Origin: Chitinophagaceae bacterium
GTDB lineage: Bacteria > Bacteroidota > Bacteroidia > Chitinophagales > Chitinophagaceae
Length of the DNA: 64,000 nt
NCBI GenBank assembly: GCA_014879565.1
Contig: JACSRW010000038.1
Coordinates: 1,759-65,758, forward strand
Direction of reading: 5' to 3'
A program made the position numbers and the translations under genes. This document shows positions 29,524 through 39,582 of the stretch, in pieces; position 1 is the stretch's first letter, and every line of letters begins with the position of its first letter. The notes beneath the pieces were generated by a model, which was not told where the DNA came from, searched no databases, and saw only the letters and a list, made by a program, of their open reading frames with translations.

Positions 29524-30006
29524 GTGAAACAATACAAGTCCTTTCTCCGGCTTATTCCCTTTTTGTTACTGGCTTTCCCGGCCTGTGAACCTGTGGCCCT
29601 CTATGAAAAGTCGGTAGTGATCCCGGGGCATAACTGGAAAAGCAGTTTCCGCCCGGAATTCAGTTTTACCATCAGTGATACCAGCCGCCCCTACCAGTTG
29701 TATTTTATCATCCGGCACAGTGACCGGTACCGCTTCAATAATATTTTTGTGAACCTTTATGCCAAAGGGCCCGGCCAGGATACGGCACAGGCTGTACGGT
29801 ATGATATCCGCCTGGGGACCGACGATAAAGGATGGCTGGGCGCGGGTATGGATGATATTTATGAACACCGTGAACTGCTCACTCCCCGCGGGCAGGAATT
29901 TTTCTTCAAAAAACCGGGACTGTACCGGTTCACCCTGGAACAGATTATGCGCGAAGATCCGCTGGAGGAAGTTTATAATACCGGCCTGCGGATCGAAAAG
30001 AAATAA
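29524..30006 (+). CDS. gldH: Gliding motility lipoprotein GldH
   Basis: Lipobox FPAC, IRHSDRY.FNNIF, G.WLG.G and EQIMR motifs; GTG start inferred. Confidence 0.88.
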   Translation: MKQYKSFLRLIPFLLLAFPACEPVALYEKSVVIPGHNWKSSFRPEFSFTISDTSRPYQLYFIIRHSDRYRFNNIFVNLYAKGPGQDTAQAVRYDIRLGTDDKGWLGAGMDDIYEHRELLTPRGQEFFFKKPGLYRFTLEQIMREDPLEEVYNTGLRIEKK

Positions 30007-30014
30007 CTATACCC

Positions 30015-31004
30015 ATGGAGGAAGCCAACCGAAAAGGACTGAAACGCACATCTGTCATTTACTTTACCCTGCTGTTTTATATCATCGCGGCCCTGGTCTG
30101 GTGGTTTGTTTCCCTGGAAAAACAAAGCAGCGTCATTGCCCGTCAGCAATATGAAAACCTGGCCGGGCGCGCGGGAACCCTGAGCGCTGCTGAATATGCA
30201 GAAAAAAAGCAGGCCATTGCCAAAGCGGAAAAAAGAAATTCGGGTAAATATATTGCCGAAGGCATCACGTTCCTGATCCTGATTATTATCGGCGCCATCT
30301 TTGTATACCGCTCTATCCGCAAACAGTTCAAACTGCAGCAGCAGCAAACCAACTTTATGATGGCCGTCACCCATGAACTGAAAACCCCCATTGCCGTGGC
30401 GCGGCTGAACCTGGAAACCTTGCAGAAATACAGTCTTGAACCCGAGAAGCAGAAAAAGCTGATCCGGAATACCCTGGATGAAACCAACCGCCTCAATCTG
30501 CTGACGAATAATATCCTGGTATCGGCTCAGCTGGAAGCCAACCGGTATCATTCCGATATGGAAGAACTGGATTTGTCCAATCTGCTGAGTGACTGTATCC
30601 GGGATTTCCGGAAGCGGTTTCCTGACAGGATATTTGAAGAATATGTAGCCGAGGAAGCCGATGTAAAAGGCGATCCCCTGCTGCTGCAGATGCTGATCAA
30701 TAATCTCCTGGAAAACGCTATCAAGTATTCTCCGCGGGAAGCCAAAATCAGCGCCCGTCTCCGGAAATTCCAGGACAGTATCCGGCTGGAAATTATTGAT
30801 GAGGGGCCCGGTATTCCGGAGGAAGAGAAATCCCGTATTTTTTCGAAATTCTACCGGATCGGAAATGAATCCACGCGGAAAGCCCAGGGAACCGGGCTCG
30901 GGCTGTACCTTTGCCGTAAGATTGCCCGGGATCACAATGCGGACATTACCGTGACAAACAATGAACCCGCGGGCAGTAATTTTGCCGTTATTTTTAAGAC
31001 ATGA
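30015..31004 (+). CDS. Sensor histidine kinase
   Basis: Two TM segments, THELKTP H-box, NLLENAIKYS, DEGPGI and GTGLGL motifs. Confidence 0.95.
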   Translation: MEEANRKGLKRTSVIYFTLLFYIIAALVWWFVSLEKQSSVIARQQYENLAGRAGTLSAAEYAEKKQAIAKAEKRNSGKYIAEGITFLILIIIGAIFVYRSIRKQFKLQQQQTNFMMAVTHELKTPIAVARLNLETLQKYSLEPEKQKKLIRNTLDETNRLNLLTNNILVSAQLEANRYHSDMEELDLSNLLSDCIRDFRKRFPDRIFEEYVAEEADVKGDPLLLQMLINNLLENAIKYSPREAKISARLRKFQDSIRLEIIDEGPGIPEEEKSRIFSKFYRIGNESTRKAQGTGLGLYLCRKIARDHNADITVTNNEPAGSNFAVIFKT

Positions 31005-31714
31005 GCGGAGAAAATAAAACATCCATCCTGCTGGTGGAAGATGAAGAAAACCTGCACGAGGCCCTTAAACTGAACCTTGAACTGGAAGGCTATGAAGTAA
31101 CGTCTGCTTTTGACGGCGCGGCTGCCCTCAAAGCTGTCAGCAATGAATACTTTGATCTCATCATCCTCGATGTGATGCTTCCTGAAATGGATGGCATCAA
31201 TGTAACCGAAACCATCCGTCTCAGTAATAATGAAGTACCCATCCTGATCCTGAGCGCCCGCAACAGCAGTGCGGACCGGGTACTGGGGCTCAAAAAAGGC
31301 GCGGATGATTATCTCACCAAGCCCTTTAACCTCGAAGAACTGCTGCTCCGTGTACACAAGCTGATCAACAAGAATAAAAAACTCCAGGATAAAACCACCC
31401 TGGGTGACACGTATAGTTTTGGCAGCAACCAAATTGATTTCCGGGCCCAGGAGGCTACCGGTTTCAACGGAGAGAAAATCCAGCTGAGTAAAAAAGAAAC
31501 CATGCTGCTGAAGCTCCTGATTGAAAACAAAAATGAAGTGGTGCCCCGGGAAAAAATCCTTCAATCTGTATGGGGTTATAATGTGTACCCCACAACCCGC
31601 ACCATTGATAATTTCATCCTGAACTTCCGTAAATATTTCGAAGAAGACAGCCGTAATCCCCGTTACTTTCATTCTGTAAGGGGTGTTGGCTACAAGTACG
31701 CGGAATCAGAATAA
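31001..31714 (+). CDS. OmpR-family response regulator
   Basis: Receiver domain (VEDE, LDVMLP, KPF) plus winged helix (RTIDNFI, RGVGY); overlaps the kinase stop. Confidence 0.96.
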   Translation: MSGENKTSILLVEDEENLHEALKLNLELEGYEVTSAFDGAAALKAVSNEYFDLIILDVMLPEMDGINVTETIRLSNNEVPILILSARNSSADRVLGLKKGADDYLTKPFNLEELLLRVHKLINKNKKLQDKTTLGDTYSFGSNQIDFRAQEATGFNGEKIQLSKKETMLLKLLIENKNEVVPREKILQSVWGYNVYPTTRTIDNFILNFRKYFEEDSRNPRYFHSVRGVGYKYAESE

Positions 31715-33460
31715 ACGATCCAGCAAAGCAAGCAGCTCCTCCGCCTCCTGTTGCACTAATACCGGATCAGCTTCGGGCCGGGTACCGGCATAGAGATTGT
31801 TTTCACAGGCAATCAGTAATTTCTCCAGGCGCTCCCGTACATTTTTTGCTGCCCCTTTTTCTTCCAATTGCCTTAACAAATCTTCTTTTCGTCGGGTCTT
31901 CGGAGGACTTTGCAGTGTATTATCCGCCCAGTTCCAGATACCCTGTTGCAGCAAGCGGTAATAGGTTCCGTCACCGGCAGCAACAGCCAGGGCTGCTTCC
32001 GTTAAAAATGAAGCGGCTTCTTTTTTGACCGGGGGCGCTTCTGTTATTTTCTCCGGCACCGGTGGTTTCCTGAGAAACCAGTACAGCAATACAAGCAGCA
32101 CAGCCAGCAGAACCAGTATCAGAGCTATCCGGCTGATTTTCCTGCTGAGCACATTCGCATTCATTTTTATTTCTTCCGCTTTTTCCCGGCTGATACTTTC
32201 CCTTCCTGCGGTGAGCTGCAGGGGCCGGGAGCTGATAGTACGGAAGCGGTTACTGTCTGTATCAAAAAAAGAAAAAACCACAGCGGGAACGGTATAGGTA
32301 CCCGGGGCTGTGACCACAAAGCCATAACGGAATTCGCGGGTACCCGCGAGCGGATAACTGTCTGGATCCAGTTCATCTTTTACCTGGGGTGGAAAACCTT
32401 CGGTTCCTGCCGGCCATTGCAGTTCGGGCGCTTCCAGTTGTATGAAGTTTCCTTTCCCGCTGATCCGCAGCTTTAAAACACCCTCTTCGTTGCGGGCGAG
32501 GTGATTTTTTTCCAGTGTTGTTTCGATGGCAAAATGTCCGGTCGCTCCGTTAAAGGCAGCAGGTTTTTGCGCAGCAGGCCATTCCAGCACCTGTATATCC
32601 ACCGGGGCTGTTTGTATTTCATTTTCCCCCACGGTTATACCCGGAGCGGCTGCGGTATTTTCTTCGCTGCCGAAAAGGCCTTCGGTAATCTCCTGTGCTG
32701 CCTGGTGATCCTGTGTGGTACGGGAAAATTCCACCCGGTTGCGGATCACCATCGGGTCAATGGTAAACCGGCCGGCCCGGAGCGGGAACAACTGCAGTTT
32801 CCGGATGATATGGACATCATATTCTTTTCCCTGCCAGGTTTCTTTCTGGCGAAGGCGGTCTTTCAGTCCGGCCATATCAAAAACCGTAAATCCGTAAAAT
32901 CCGGGATTCTTTACAATATCAGAACGGGATTCAAGACGGGAGTAAAGTTTGAAGGTGGCCAGAATCGGTTCGCCGGTATAACAGGTACGTTTATTAACCT
33001 CCAGCCGTACAAATAAACCTTCCCGGATCTTCGCCTGTATATCTTCCCCCGGTGCCAGGTAATAGGTGCTTGAAGAAGCGGTTTCTTTTCTGGTCTGCTT
33101 ACCTGCCGGTGTTATGACCCTGATCACGGCCGCGGCGCTCTGCAGGGTATGATAACCGGTACGCAGACTGGCTCCCGGTATGGTAAACGTACCGGGGCCG
33201 GCTGCCTGCAAAGTATACACATAATTACGGGAGACCGTTTGCTTTCCTCCGGTATATACGGTAGGTCCTTCCACCAGGCGAAAGGGATGGAAGTCGGGGG
33301 GCGTGATTTCATGTGCCGCCGTGCCTTCCACATAATACTGAATCCGGAAGGGTTCTCCGGCTGTAACGGGAGCTGAAGGCGCGATGGTGCGGAACAGCAC
33401 CTGGGCCGGTACGGCCAATGGCAGCAGCAAAAGGAGAAATATGGAAAGAGAACGAAACAT
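31706..33460 (-). CDS. BatD family protein
   Basis: GEPFRIQY, YTGEPI..TFKLY, AFNGATGHF and FSFFD motifs; C-terminal TM segment. Confidence 0.8.
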   Translation of the reverse strand: MFRSLSIFLLLLLPLAVPAQVLFRTIAPSAPVTAGEPFRIQYYVEGTAAHEITPPDFHPFRLVEGPTVYTGGKQTVSRNYVYTLQAAGPGTFTIPGASLRTGYHTLQSAAAVIRVITPAGKQTRKETASSSTYYLAPGEDIQAKIREGLFVRLEVNKRTCYTGEPILATFKLYSRLESRSDIVKNPGFYGFTVFDMAGLKDRLRQKETWQGKEYDVHIIRKLQLFPLRAGRFTIDPMVIRNRVEFSRTTQDHQAAQEITEGLFGSEENTAAAPGITVGENEIQTAPVDIQVLEWPAAQKPAAFNGATGHFAIETTLEKNHLARNEEGVLKLRISGKGNFIQLEAPELQWPAGTEGFPPQVKDELDPDSYPLAGTREFRYGFVVTAPGTYTVPAVVFSFFDTDSNRFRTISSRPLQLTAGRESISREKAEEIKMNANVLSRKISRIALILVLLAVLLVLLYWFLRKPPVPEKITEAPPVKKEAASFLTEAALAVAAGDGTYYRLLQQGIWNWADNTLQSPPKTRRKEDLLRQLEEKGAAKNVRERLEKLLIACENNLYAGTRPEADPVLVQQEAEELLALLDRLF

Positions 33461-33525
33461 CCGGGCGCCTAAAATAAAGACCCTTCTTCAAATAAAAACG
33501 AAAAAGGGGCAGACGGCAGGAAGGA

Positions 33526-34245
33526 TTACAAATCGCCCTGTTGCGGGCGGATGGTGATGTCTTCCACGCAGGCCTGCGGAGAAAGCCGGGAGGTTGCCCA
33601 TACCATTTTTGCAATATCCGATGCCTCCATGATACGGCCCTGGCTGTTATCAAAATCACCCCAGGAATCGGTCAGCACCGCACCGGGATGAACGGCCGTA
33701 ACATTAATGCCATAAGGTTTTAATTCCTCCCGCAGATTACGGCTGAATCCGTTGAGGGCAAATTTGCTGATGCTGTAGGCCCCGCCGTTGGGATAAGCCT
33801 GCAGTCCCGCGATGGAGCAGATCGTGAAGATATGTCCGCTTCTCCGCTGTATCATTGGCGGAAGCAGTTTGCGGGTCAGATGATAGGCACTGAAAAGATT
33901 GATGGCCAGCTGGCTTTCAAGTAATCCATCCGGTTCACTGTGTACTGCGCCCGGCTGATAGGCACCGGCATTGTTCACCAGTATATCCGGTACTGTCTGG
34001 CCGAGACACCAGTTGCCGAAAGCCATAACGGAATCTTTGTTTGTCAGATCGGCGGGAAAAGCTTTTATCAGCGCTTCCGGGTAACGGGTTTGTAGTTCTT
34101 CCATCGTTTTATACAAGGCAAACTCATTTCTTGCACACAAATAAAGTGCCGCGCCTTCCGCAGCAAAGGTTGCTGCAATCGCCTTGCCAATACCCCTGGA
34201 AGCGCCCGTGATAACTACCTGCCGCGGTCTTTGTTCCTTTTCCAT
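33526..34245 (-). CDS. Short-chain dehydrogenase/reductase
   Basis: TGASRGIG, NNAG and YSISK motifs. Confidence 0.95.
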   Translation of the reverse strand: MEKEQRPRQVVITGASRGIGKAIAATFAAEGAALYLCARNEFALYKTMEELQTRYPEALIKAFPADLTNKDSVMAFGNWCLGQTVPDILVNNAGAYQPGAVHSEPDGLLESQLAINLFSAYHLTRKLLPPMIQRRSGHIFTICSIAGLQAYPNGGAYSISKFALNGFSRNLREELKPYGINVTAVHPGAVLTDSWGDFDNSQGRIMEASDIAKMVWATSRLSPQACVEDITIRPQQGDL

Positions 34246-34282
34246 CGCTTTGTTATTTGTTGTGTAAATTGCAAACTTATCT

Positions 34283-35023
34283 ATGAATACGGAAATTAAT
34301 TCCAGAACGGGAAAGCCCTACACCCATCTCTTTTTTGACCTGGACCATACCCTTTGGGATTTTGAAGCCAACAGCCGGCTTACCCTGGAACAACTCTATG
34401 TCGATCTTTCACTGGAAAACAGAGGTGTGAATGATTTTGACCGCTTTCACCAGCAATACCTGCTGCACAATGATAAACTCTGGGACCGTTACCGGAACGG
34501 TTATATCCGGGTAGACGAACTGCGCTGGAAAAGAATGTGGCTCACGTTACTGGACTTTAAAATAGCTGATGAGCCCCTGGCAAGAGAAATGGGTCTGCGC
34601 TTTCTGGACCTGCTGCCCACCCGCAAACTTTTGTTCCCCTATACTTTTGAGATCCTGGACTACCTGAGACAGAAAGGGTACCAGCTGCACCTGATCACGA
34701 ACGGTTTTGAAAAGACCCAGTTCAGCAAGCTGGAAAACTCAGGGCTTACTCCCTATTTCACGCATGTCATTACTTCTGAAGGAAGCAACAGCCTGAAACC
34801 ACACAAGGAAATTTTTGATTTTGCCTTCCGGCTTTCCGGCGCCAGTCCGGAAGAAAGTATCATGATCGGCGATACCCTGGAAGTGGATATACTCGGCGGG
34901 ATGAATGCGGGTATTGACCAGGTACATGTGAATCACCTGACCAAAGAAAGGGAAGCTGTCAGCGGCGGCCGATATCCCACCTATACCGTTTTTTCGCTGA
35001 AGGAACTGGAAGCGCTTTTCTGA
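34283..35023 (+). CDS. yjjG: YjjG-family HAD nucleotidase
   Basis: FDLDHTLWDF, ITNGF, KP and MIGD motifs. Confidence 0.9.
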   Translation: MNTEINSRTGKPYTHLFFDLDHTLWDFEANSRLTLEQLYVDLSLENRGVNDFDRFHQQYLLHNDKLWDRYRNGYIRVDELRWKRMWLTLLDFKIADEPLAREMGLRFLDLLPTRKLLFPYTFEILDYLRQKGYQLHLITNGFEKTQFSKLENSGLTPYFTHVITSEGSNSLKPHKEIFDFAFRLSGASPEESIMIGDTLEVDILGGMNAGIDQVHVNHLTKEREAVSGGRYPTYTVFSLKELEALF

Positions 35024-35026
35024 GCA

Positions 35027-35686
35027 TTACCAGCTGGCTATGACCGTCACCCCGCCTTTGGGCTTATCACCCAGTTTTACATGAATCTTTGCATCCGGAG
35101 GAAGCAGGAGGTCAACGCGTGAACCGAGTTTAATAAATCCCATCTCATCGGTCTGTTTCACCTGCATACCCGGCTGAAGATAATTCACAATTCGTTTGGC
35201 CAAAGCGCCGGCGATCTGTTTTACCAGTAATTCTTTACCGTTATTAGCCCGGTACACCACTGTATGCCTTTCGTTTTCGGTGGAAGATTTCGGATGCCAG
35301 GCCACCAGGTATTTTCCTTTGTGGTACTGGCTGTACATCACTTCTCCGCTGACCGGGTTGCGGTTCACGTGCACATTCAGGGGACTCATGAAAATAGAAA
35401 CCTGGATCCGCCGGCCGGTAAAATATTCGTCGGCCTGCACTTCCTCAATCACCACCACTTTGCCATCGGCCGGGGCTACAATCGCGTTTTCCTGAACAGT
35501 CATCTGCCGCGCGGGTATCCTGAAAAAAGACACAAGGAAGACTAACAATCCTAAAGTAAGTATAAACAGCAGCAGGCTGACAACCGGCAGGGATACACTG
35601 ATCGTATAAAAAGACACCAGGTTAATCACCGCAAAAACGGTGGTGGCGATGGCGATGGTTTTGTAGCCTTCTTTATGAATAATCAT
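35027..35686 (-). CDS. psd: Phosphatidylserine decarboxylase proenzyme
   Basis: APADG, IFMSPLNVHVNR and KLGSRVD cleavage motif. Confidence 0.95.
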   Translation of the reverse strand: MIIHKEGYKTIAIATTVFAVINLVSFYTISVSLPVVSLLLFILTLGLLVFLVSFFRIPARQMTVQENAIVAPADGKVVVIEEVQADEYFTGRRIQVSIFMSPLNVHVNRNPVSGEVMYSQYHKGKYLVAWHPKSSTENERHTVVYRANNGKELLVKQIAGALAKRIVNYLQPGMQVKQTDEMGFIKLGSRVDLLLPPDAKIHVKLGDKPKGGVTVIASW

Positions 35687-35719
35687 TTTTCGTGAATTGA
35701 AATGTAAAGGTAATGATTA

Positions 35720-35809
35720 GTTGAGGGGTTGAGGGGTTGAGAGGTTGAGAGGCCCGCCTGCCGGCGAGGCAGGTTGAGGGGCCCGCCTGCCGGCGAGGCA
35801 GGTTGAGGG
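35720..35809. repeat. GTTGAGRG octamers with two identical 29-bp units, each carrying a CCTGCC-N5-GGCAGG palindrome
   Basis: Four octamers, then GCCCGCCTGCCGGCGAGGCAGGTTGAGGG twice (35752-35780, 35781-35809). Confidence 0.9.
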
Positions 35810-35811
35810 GT

Positions 35812-36702
35812 TTAGGTGCAAAGGGTTAAAAAGACCCAGATAAAGGGGGTGGCGATAAGCAGTGAGTCAAAACGGTCGAGAAAACCGCCGTGTCCCGGCA
35901 TGATCGCGCCGCTGTCTTTTACCCCGGCCAGCCTTTTGAGTTTGGATTCCAGCAGGTCACCCATTGTGCCCGTTACGGAGGCGAGCAGGGCGATGGAGCC
36001 GGCCAGTATATAACCTGCCTGACCCATTGACCGCCCATAGAAGAAGGGAAAAAGCAAGGCTACCACCAACACGGCGAGGAGGATGCCCCCGATCGTACCC
36101 TCCCAGGTTTTTTTGGGAGATACGCTGGAAAGCGGCGTCCTGCCGATCAGCGACCCAACGATATACGCCATGGTATCATTGATCCAGATAGAAGCAATGA
36201 CCAGGACCGGCAGGATATAGCCTTCCCCGAAAACAAAAACCGTATCACTAAAATAGATTTCGGACATATTACTATAGAGTCCCATCATCATACCCCAGCT
36301 CAGTGAAATATAGAAGAGTCCGAGCAGGGCCATTCCGAATGCATTCAGGTGTGCGGGTCCCTGGCGGAACAGACCGGTCACCGCGAGTATAAATCCCGCT
36401 GCGGAAACCGGCATGGAAAAATTATCCCGCAGCAGGTAGTTGCCGATAGTGTACCTATCCCCGCAAAACCAGAGCAGGATCCCATACCCCATCAGCATAA
36501 AACCATAACGGGTATAGGTATGAAAGCGGGTTGAAAATATTTTTTCTGTCAGCCGGAAGTATTCCCACCAGCATCCGAAATGGATGACGGAAAATAAAAG
36601 AAAAAAACTCCAGTGGTTCCAGAGCAAACCGGTCAGCATGACAGCCACAAATACCAGGGCGGTCAGTGAACGGGTCCGGAATGTCTGCCAGTTGAATGCC
36701 AT
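35812..36702 (-). CDS. cdsA: Phosphatidate cytidylyltransferase
   Basis: NDTMAY, SPKKTWEG, GDLLES.LKR..GVKDSG and GHGGFLDRFDS motifs. Confidence 0.95.
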   Translation of the reverse strand: MAFNWQTFRTRSLTALVFVAVMLTGLLWNHWSFFLLFSVIHFGCWWEYFRLTEKIFSTRFHTYTRYGFMLMGYGILLWFCGDRYTIGNYLLRDNFSMPVSAAGFILAVTGLFRQGPAHLNAFGMALLGLFYISLSWGMMMGLYSNMSEIYFSDTVFVFGEGYILPVLVIASIWINDTMAYIVGSLIGRTPLSSVSPKKTWEGTIGGILLAVLVVALLFPFFYGRSMGQAGYILAGSIALLASVTGTMGDLLESKLKRLAGVKDSGAIMPGHGGFLDRFDSLLIATPFIWVFLTLCT

Positions 36703-36711
36703 AAAGCAAAT

Positions 36712-37668
36712 TTATCCTGAAATCCGGTCCTCTGCCGGATTTTCATCTGTTGTATATATATCCTGATACCGGGTACAGGAGTGCCGGATCATCCAGTTGA
36801 CGGAGAGGGCCACCAGGATAAAACTGAAGGCGGCTGAAAGCGCAATAGATGACATCTCCACCATATTCTCTTCATTAAGCAGGGCCGGGTTGATATAGGC
36901 GGCTGTGATCAGCAGGGCGTCATATACAAAGTGGGCGGCCATGGCTGTCCACAGACTGCCGCTGTACCAGTATGTCATACCCAGCAGGATACCCAGCACA
37001 AAGCGGGGAAGAAATCCATAGAACTGCATATGAAAGGCTGAAAACAAAAAGGCGCTCACTAAAATGCCGGCCAGCGGATTTTTGAATAAGCGGATCAGCA
37101 AACGCTGGGCCACCCCGCGAAAAAGCAGTTCCTCTCCTACTGCCGCGAGCAGGGCGATACAAACCAGGTTCAGTACCAGATCGGCCGGCGTGCGTCGTGA
37201 AAGAAAGCCCATCACCGTGCTGTTGGCGGCGGCTTCTTTTTGTTTCATCCAGCTCTCCATGCCTCCCGGAAAACGAATCCCCCTGTTCAGTTCACCCAGC
37301 CACTGCACAAAAGGAATGGCCAGAATAATGACCAGTATACCGATGATCCAGTATGAGGGAATATGCGGGGGGCGCAAACCAAGATATTCCCGGCTGTTCC
37401 GGCTGAATAACCAGGCACAGAGCAGGGAGGGAATCAGAAAGAGACCGAAGAATTGAAATACCTGTAAGCCGCGCAGATATGTAATCACCCCCGGTTTATT
37501 AAAATCCAGTTTGGAAAAATCCATAAGTTCTTCCGGCCTGATACCCGTGATGGCAGTGAGTACCAGGGTGCCGGCCAGCGAGCCGATAAAAAAAACACCG
37601 AGTAATGCGATACTGATAAGTACAAGTAACTGGTTGCCCGCGGGCTTATGCTGTAAAAGTCCCTTCAT
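36712..37668 (-). CDS. CPBP (Abi/CAAX) family intramembrane metalloprotease
   Basis: EELLFRG, FSAFH and AHFVYD motifs; multiple TM segments. Confidence 0.9.
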   Translation of the reverse strand: MKGLLQHKPAGNQLLVLISIALLGVFFIGSLAGTLVLTAITGIRPEELMDFSKLDFNKPGVITYLRGLQVFQFFGLFLIPSLLCAWLFSRNSREYLGLRPPHIPSYWIIGILVIILAIPFVQWLGELNRGIRFPGGMESWMKQKEAAANSTVMGFLSRRTPADLVLNLVCIALLAAVGEELLFRGVAQRLLIRLFKNPLAGILVSAFLFSAFHMQFYGFLPRFVLGILLGMTYWYSGSLWTAMAAHFVYDALLITAAYINPALLNEENMVEMSSIALSAAFSFILVALSVNWMIRHSCTRYQDIYTTDENPAEDRISG

Positions 37669-37752
37669 GCTACTAGTCTGGCGTTAAGATTGTATTTTTG
37701 CAGGCTCCCGTCACCGGCCCTGAGGGGCAAAAATAGGACAAAAGAACCCTGA

Positions 37753-38793
37753 ATGGTAAAAATTGGCAACATACAACTTCCTGAATTTCCGCTGCTTCTG
37801 GCTCCAATGGAGGATGTCAGTGATCCCCCTTTCCGGGCGGTATGCAAAGACAACGGGGCCGACCTGATGTATACGGAATTTATTTCTTCGGAAGGCCTGA
37901 TCAGGGATGCCATCAAGAGCCGCAAGAAACTGGATTTTTTTGAGTACGAACGGCCCATCGGCATACAGATTTTTGGCGGAGATGAAGACAGCCTGGCTAT
38001 GGCTGCCAAAATCGTGGACGTGACGCAACCCGATTTACTGGATATCAATTTCGGGTGCCCGGTGAAAAAAGTGGCGCTGAAAGGCGCCGGCGCAGGAGTA
38101 CTGAAAGATGTGGACCTGATGGTAAGACTCACGGCGGCTGTGGTAAAATCCACTTCCCTGCCGGTAACCGTTAAGACCCGGCTGGGCTGGGATGAACAAA
38201 CAAAGAATATTGAAGAAGTGGCCGAAAGGCTGCAGGATACGGGAATCAAAGCCCTGGCTATTCATGGCCGTACGCGGATGCAGATGTACAAGGGTACGGC
38301 TGACTGGACCCTGATCGGAAAGGTGAAGAATAACCCGCGGATTAAAATTCCCATTTTCGGCAACGGGGATATTGATTCTCCTGAAAAAGCGCTGGAATAT
38401 AAAAACCGGTATGGGGTGGACGGCATTATGATCGGCCGGGCCGCCATCGGTTATCCCTGGATCTTTAATGAGATCAAACATTTTATGCAAACCGGAGAAC
38501 ACCTGCCCCCGCCCGGTATTGAGGCGCGGGTGGAAGTATGCCGCAAACATCTCCGCAAATCGGTGGAATGGAAAAATCCGGTGGTGGGGGTGAATGAAAT
38601 GCGGCGGCATTATACCAATTACCTGAAAGGATTGCCCAATATCAAGGAGTACCGCGGCAAACTGGTTACCCTGAAAAATGTGGAGGAGATTGAAGAAGTG
38701 CTGAATGAAATTGAACGGGTGTACAAGGGATACTCTTTTGAAAAATCACCGATACAGCTGGTGGATTATCATCAGAAATGCCCCGTTAACTGA
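37753..38793 (+). CDS. dusB: tRNA-dihydrouridine synthase B
   Basis: LAPME, DINFGCPVKK, TVKTRLGW, HGRTR and IGRAA motifs. Confidence 0.95.
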   Translation: MVKIGNIQLPEFPLLLAPMEDVSDPPFRAVCKDNGADLMYTEFISSEGLIRDAIKSRKKLDFFEYERPIGIQIFGGDEDSLAMAAKIVDVTQPDLLDINFGCPVKKVALKGAGAGVLKDVDLMVRLTAAVVKSTSLPVTVKTRLGWDEQTKNIEEVAERLQDTGIKALAIHGRTRMQMYKGTADWTLIGKVKNNPRIKIPIFGNGDIDSPEKALEYKNRYGVDGIMIGRAAIGYPWIFNEIKHFMQTGEHLPPPGIEARVEVCRKHLRKSVEWKNPVVGVNEMRRHYTNYLKGLPNIKEYRGKLVTLKNVEEIEEVLNEIERVYKGYSFEKSPIQLVDYHQKCPVN

Positions 38794-38866
38794 GTCGGTA
38801 GTCGGGAGTCGGGAGCCCGTAGTTAGTAGTCACATTATTGGGGAAAGAGTACTAACTACTAACTGC
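38793..38866. repeat. Heptamer tracts in inverted arrangement between convergent genes
   Basis: AGTCGGT AGTCGGG AGTCGGG AGCCCGT AGTTAGT; AGTTAGTAGT (38821-38830) is complementary to ACTACTAACT (38857-38866). Confidence 0.75.
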
Positions 38867-39495
38867 TATCTTAAAATCTCTTTCGTCAGGTCTGCTTCGG
38901 TTGGCAGAACAGATGGTTCGAAATATCCGATTAGTTCCCCGTTTTCGCTGATCAGGTACTTGGTGAAGTTCCAGCGCGGGGCTTTGTTGTTCCAGCCGTT
39001 TAAAGCGGCATCGCTGAGCCAGTGAAATACCGGGTGCTGACCAGCCGTTTTACTCACCACAGATTTTTTTACCAGCGGAAAACTGATGCCGTAATTCTTT
39101 TTGCAGAAGGCCGCTATCTCTTCATCCGATCCTTTTTCCTGTTCCTTAAAATCATTGGCCGGAAAGGCGATGATCTCCAGTTTGTCCCTGTATTTTTCAT
39201 AGAGTGTCTGCAGGTCTTCATATTGCCGGGTATACCCGCAATTGCTGGCTGTATTTACAATCAATACCTTTTTGCCTTGCAGGCCTCCAAAAGAAAACTG
39301 GCCTCCGTTATTCAGGGTGGCGCTGAGGGAGTAAAAAGAAAGCTTTGGGGTTGCGCGTTTGCTGTCTGGCGTATGCCGGCCGGCAAGGTGGTCCTGATAG
39401 TCTTGTGTATAACGCTTGCTGTTCATGCCGGTCAGCCGGGTGAACCGGATAAAGAGCGGGTAGATAAGCCGGAGTATTTTTTGCTTTATTGTCAT
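38866..39495 (-). CDS. Glutathione peroxidase (second copy)
   Basis: VNTASNCGYT.QY, FPANDF and WNFTKYL motifs. Confidence 0.93.
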   Translation of the reverse strand: MTIKQKILRLIYPLFIRFTRLTGMNSKRYTQDYQDHLAGRHTPDSKRATPKLSFYSLSATLNNGGQFSFGGLQGKKVLIVNTASNCGYTRQYEDLQTLYEKYRDKLEIIAFPANDFKEQEKGSDEEIAAFCKKNYGISFPLVKKSVVSKTAGQHPVFHWLSDAALNGWNNKAPRWNFTKYLISENGELIGYFEPSVLPTEADLTKEILR

Positions 39496-39542
39496 AATTG
39501 TTTTTTTTACGGGAAGGCGGAAAAAAATAGCTGAGAAATTTA

Positions 39543-39574
39543 TTCCCGTCTTCCCGCATTCCCGTCTACCCGTT
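39543..39574. repeat. Octamer tract TTCCCGTC-like (4 units)
   Basis: TTCCCGTC TTCCCGCA TTCCCGTC TACCCGTT. Confidence 0.65.
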
Positions 39575-39582
39575 TAAACCTT

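Noticed and set aside
35752-35809. 29-bp direct repeat as a mini-CRISPR
   Set aside because: Units are directly adjacent with no spacer, and there are no cas genes in the window.
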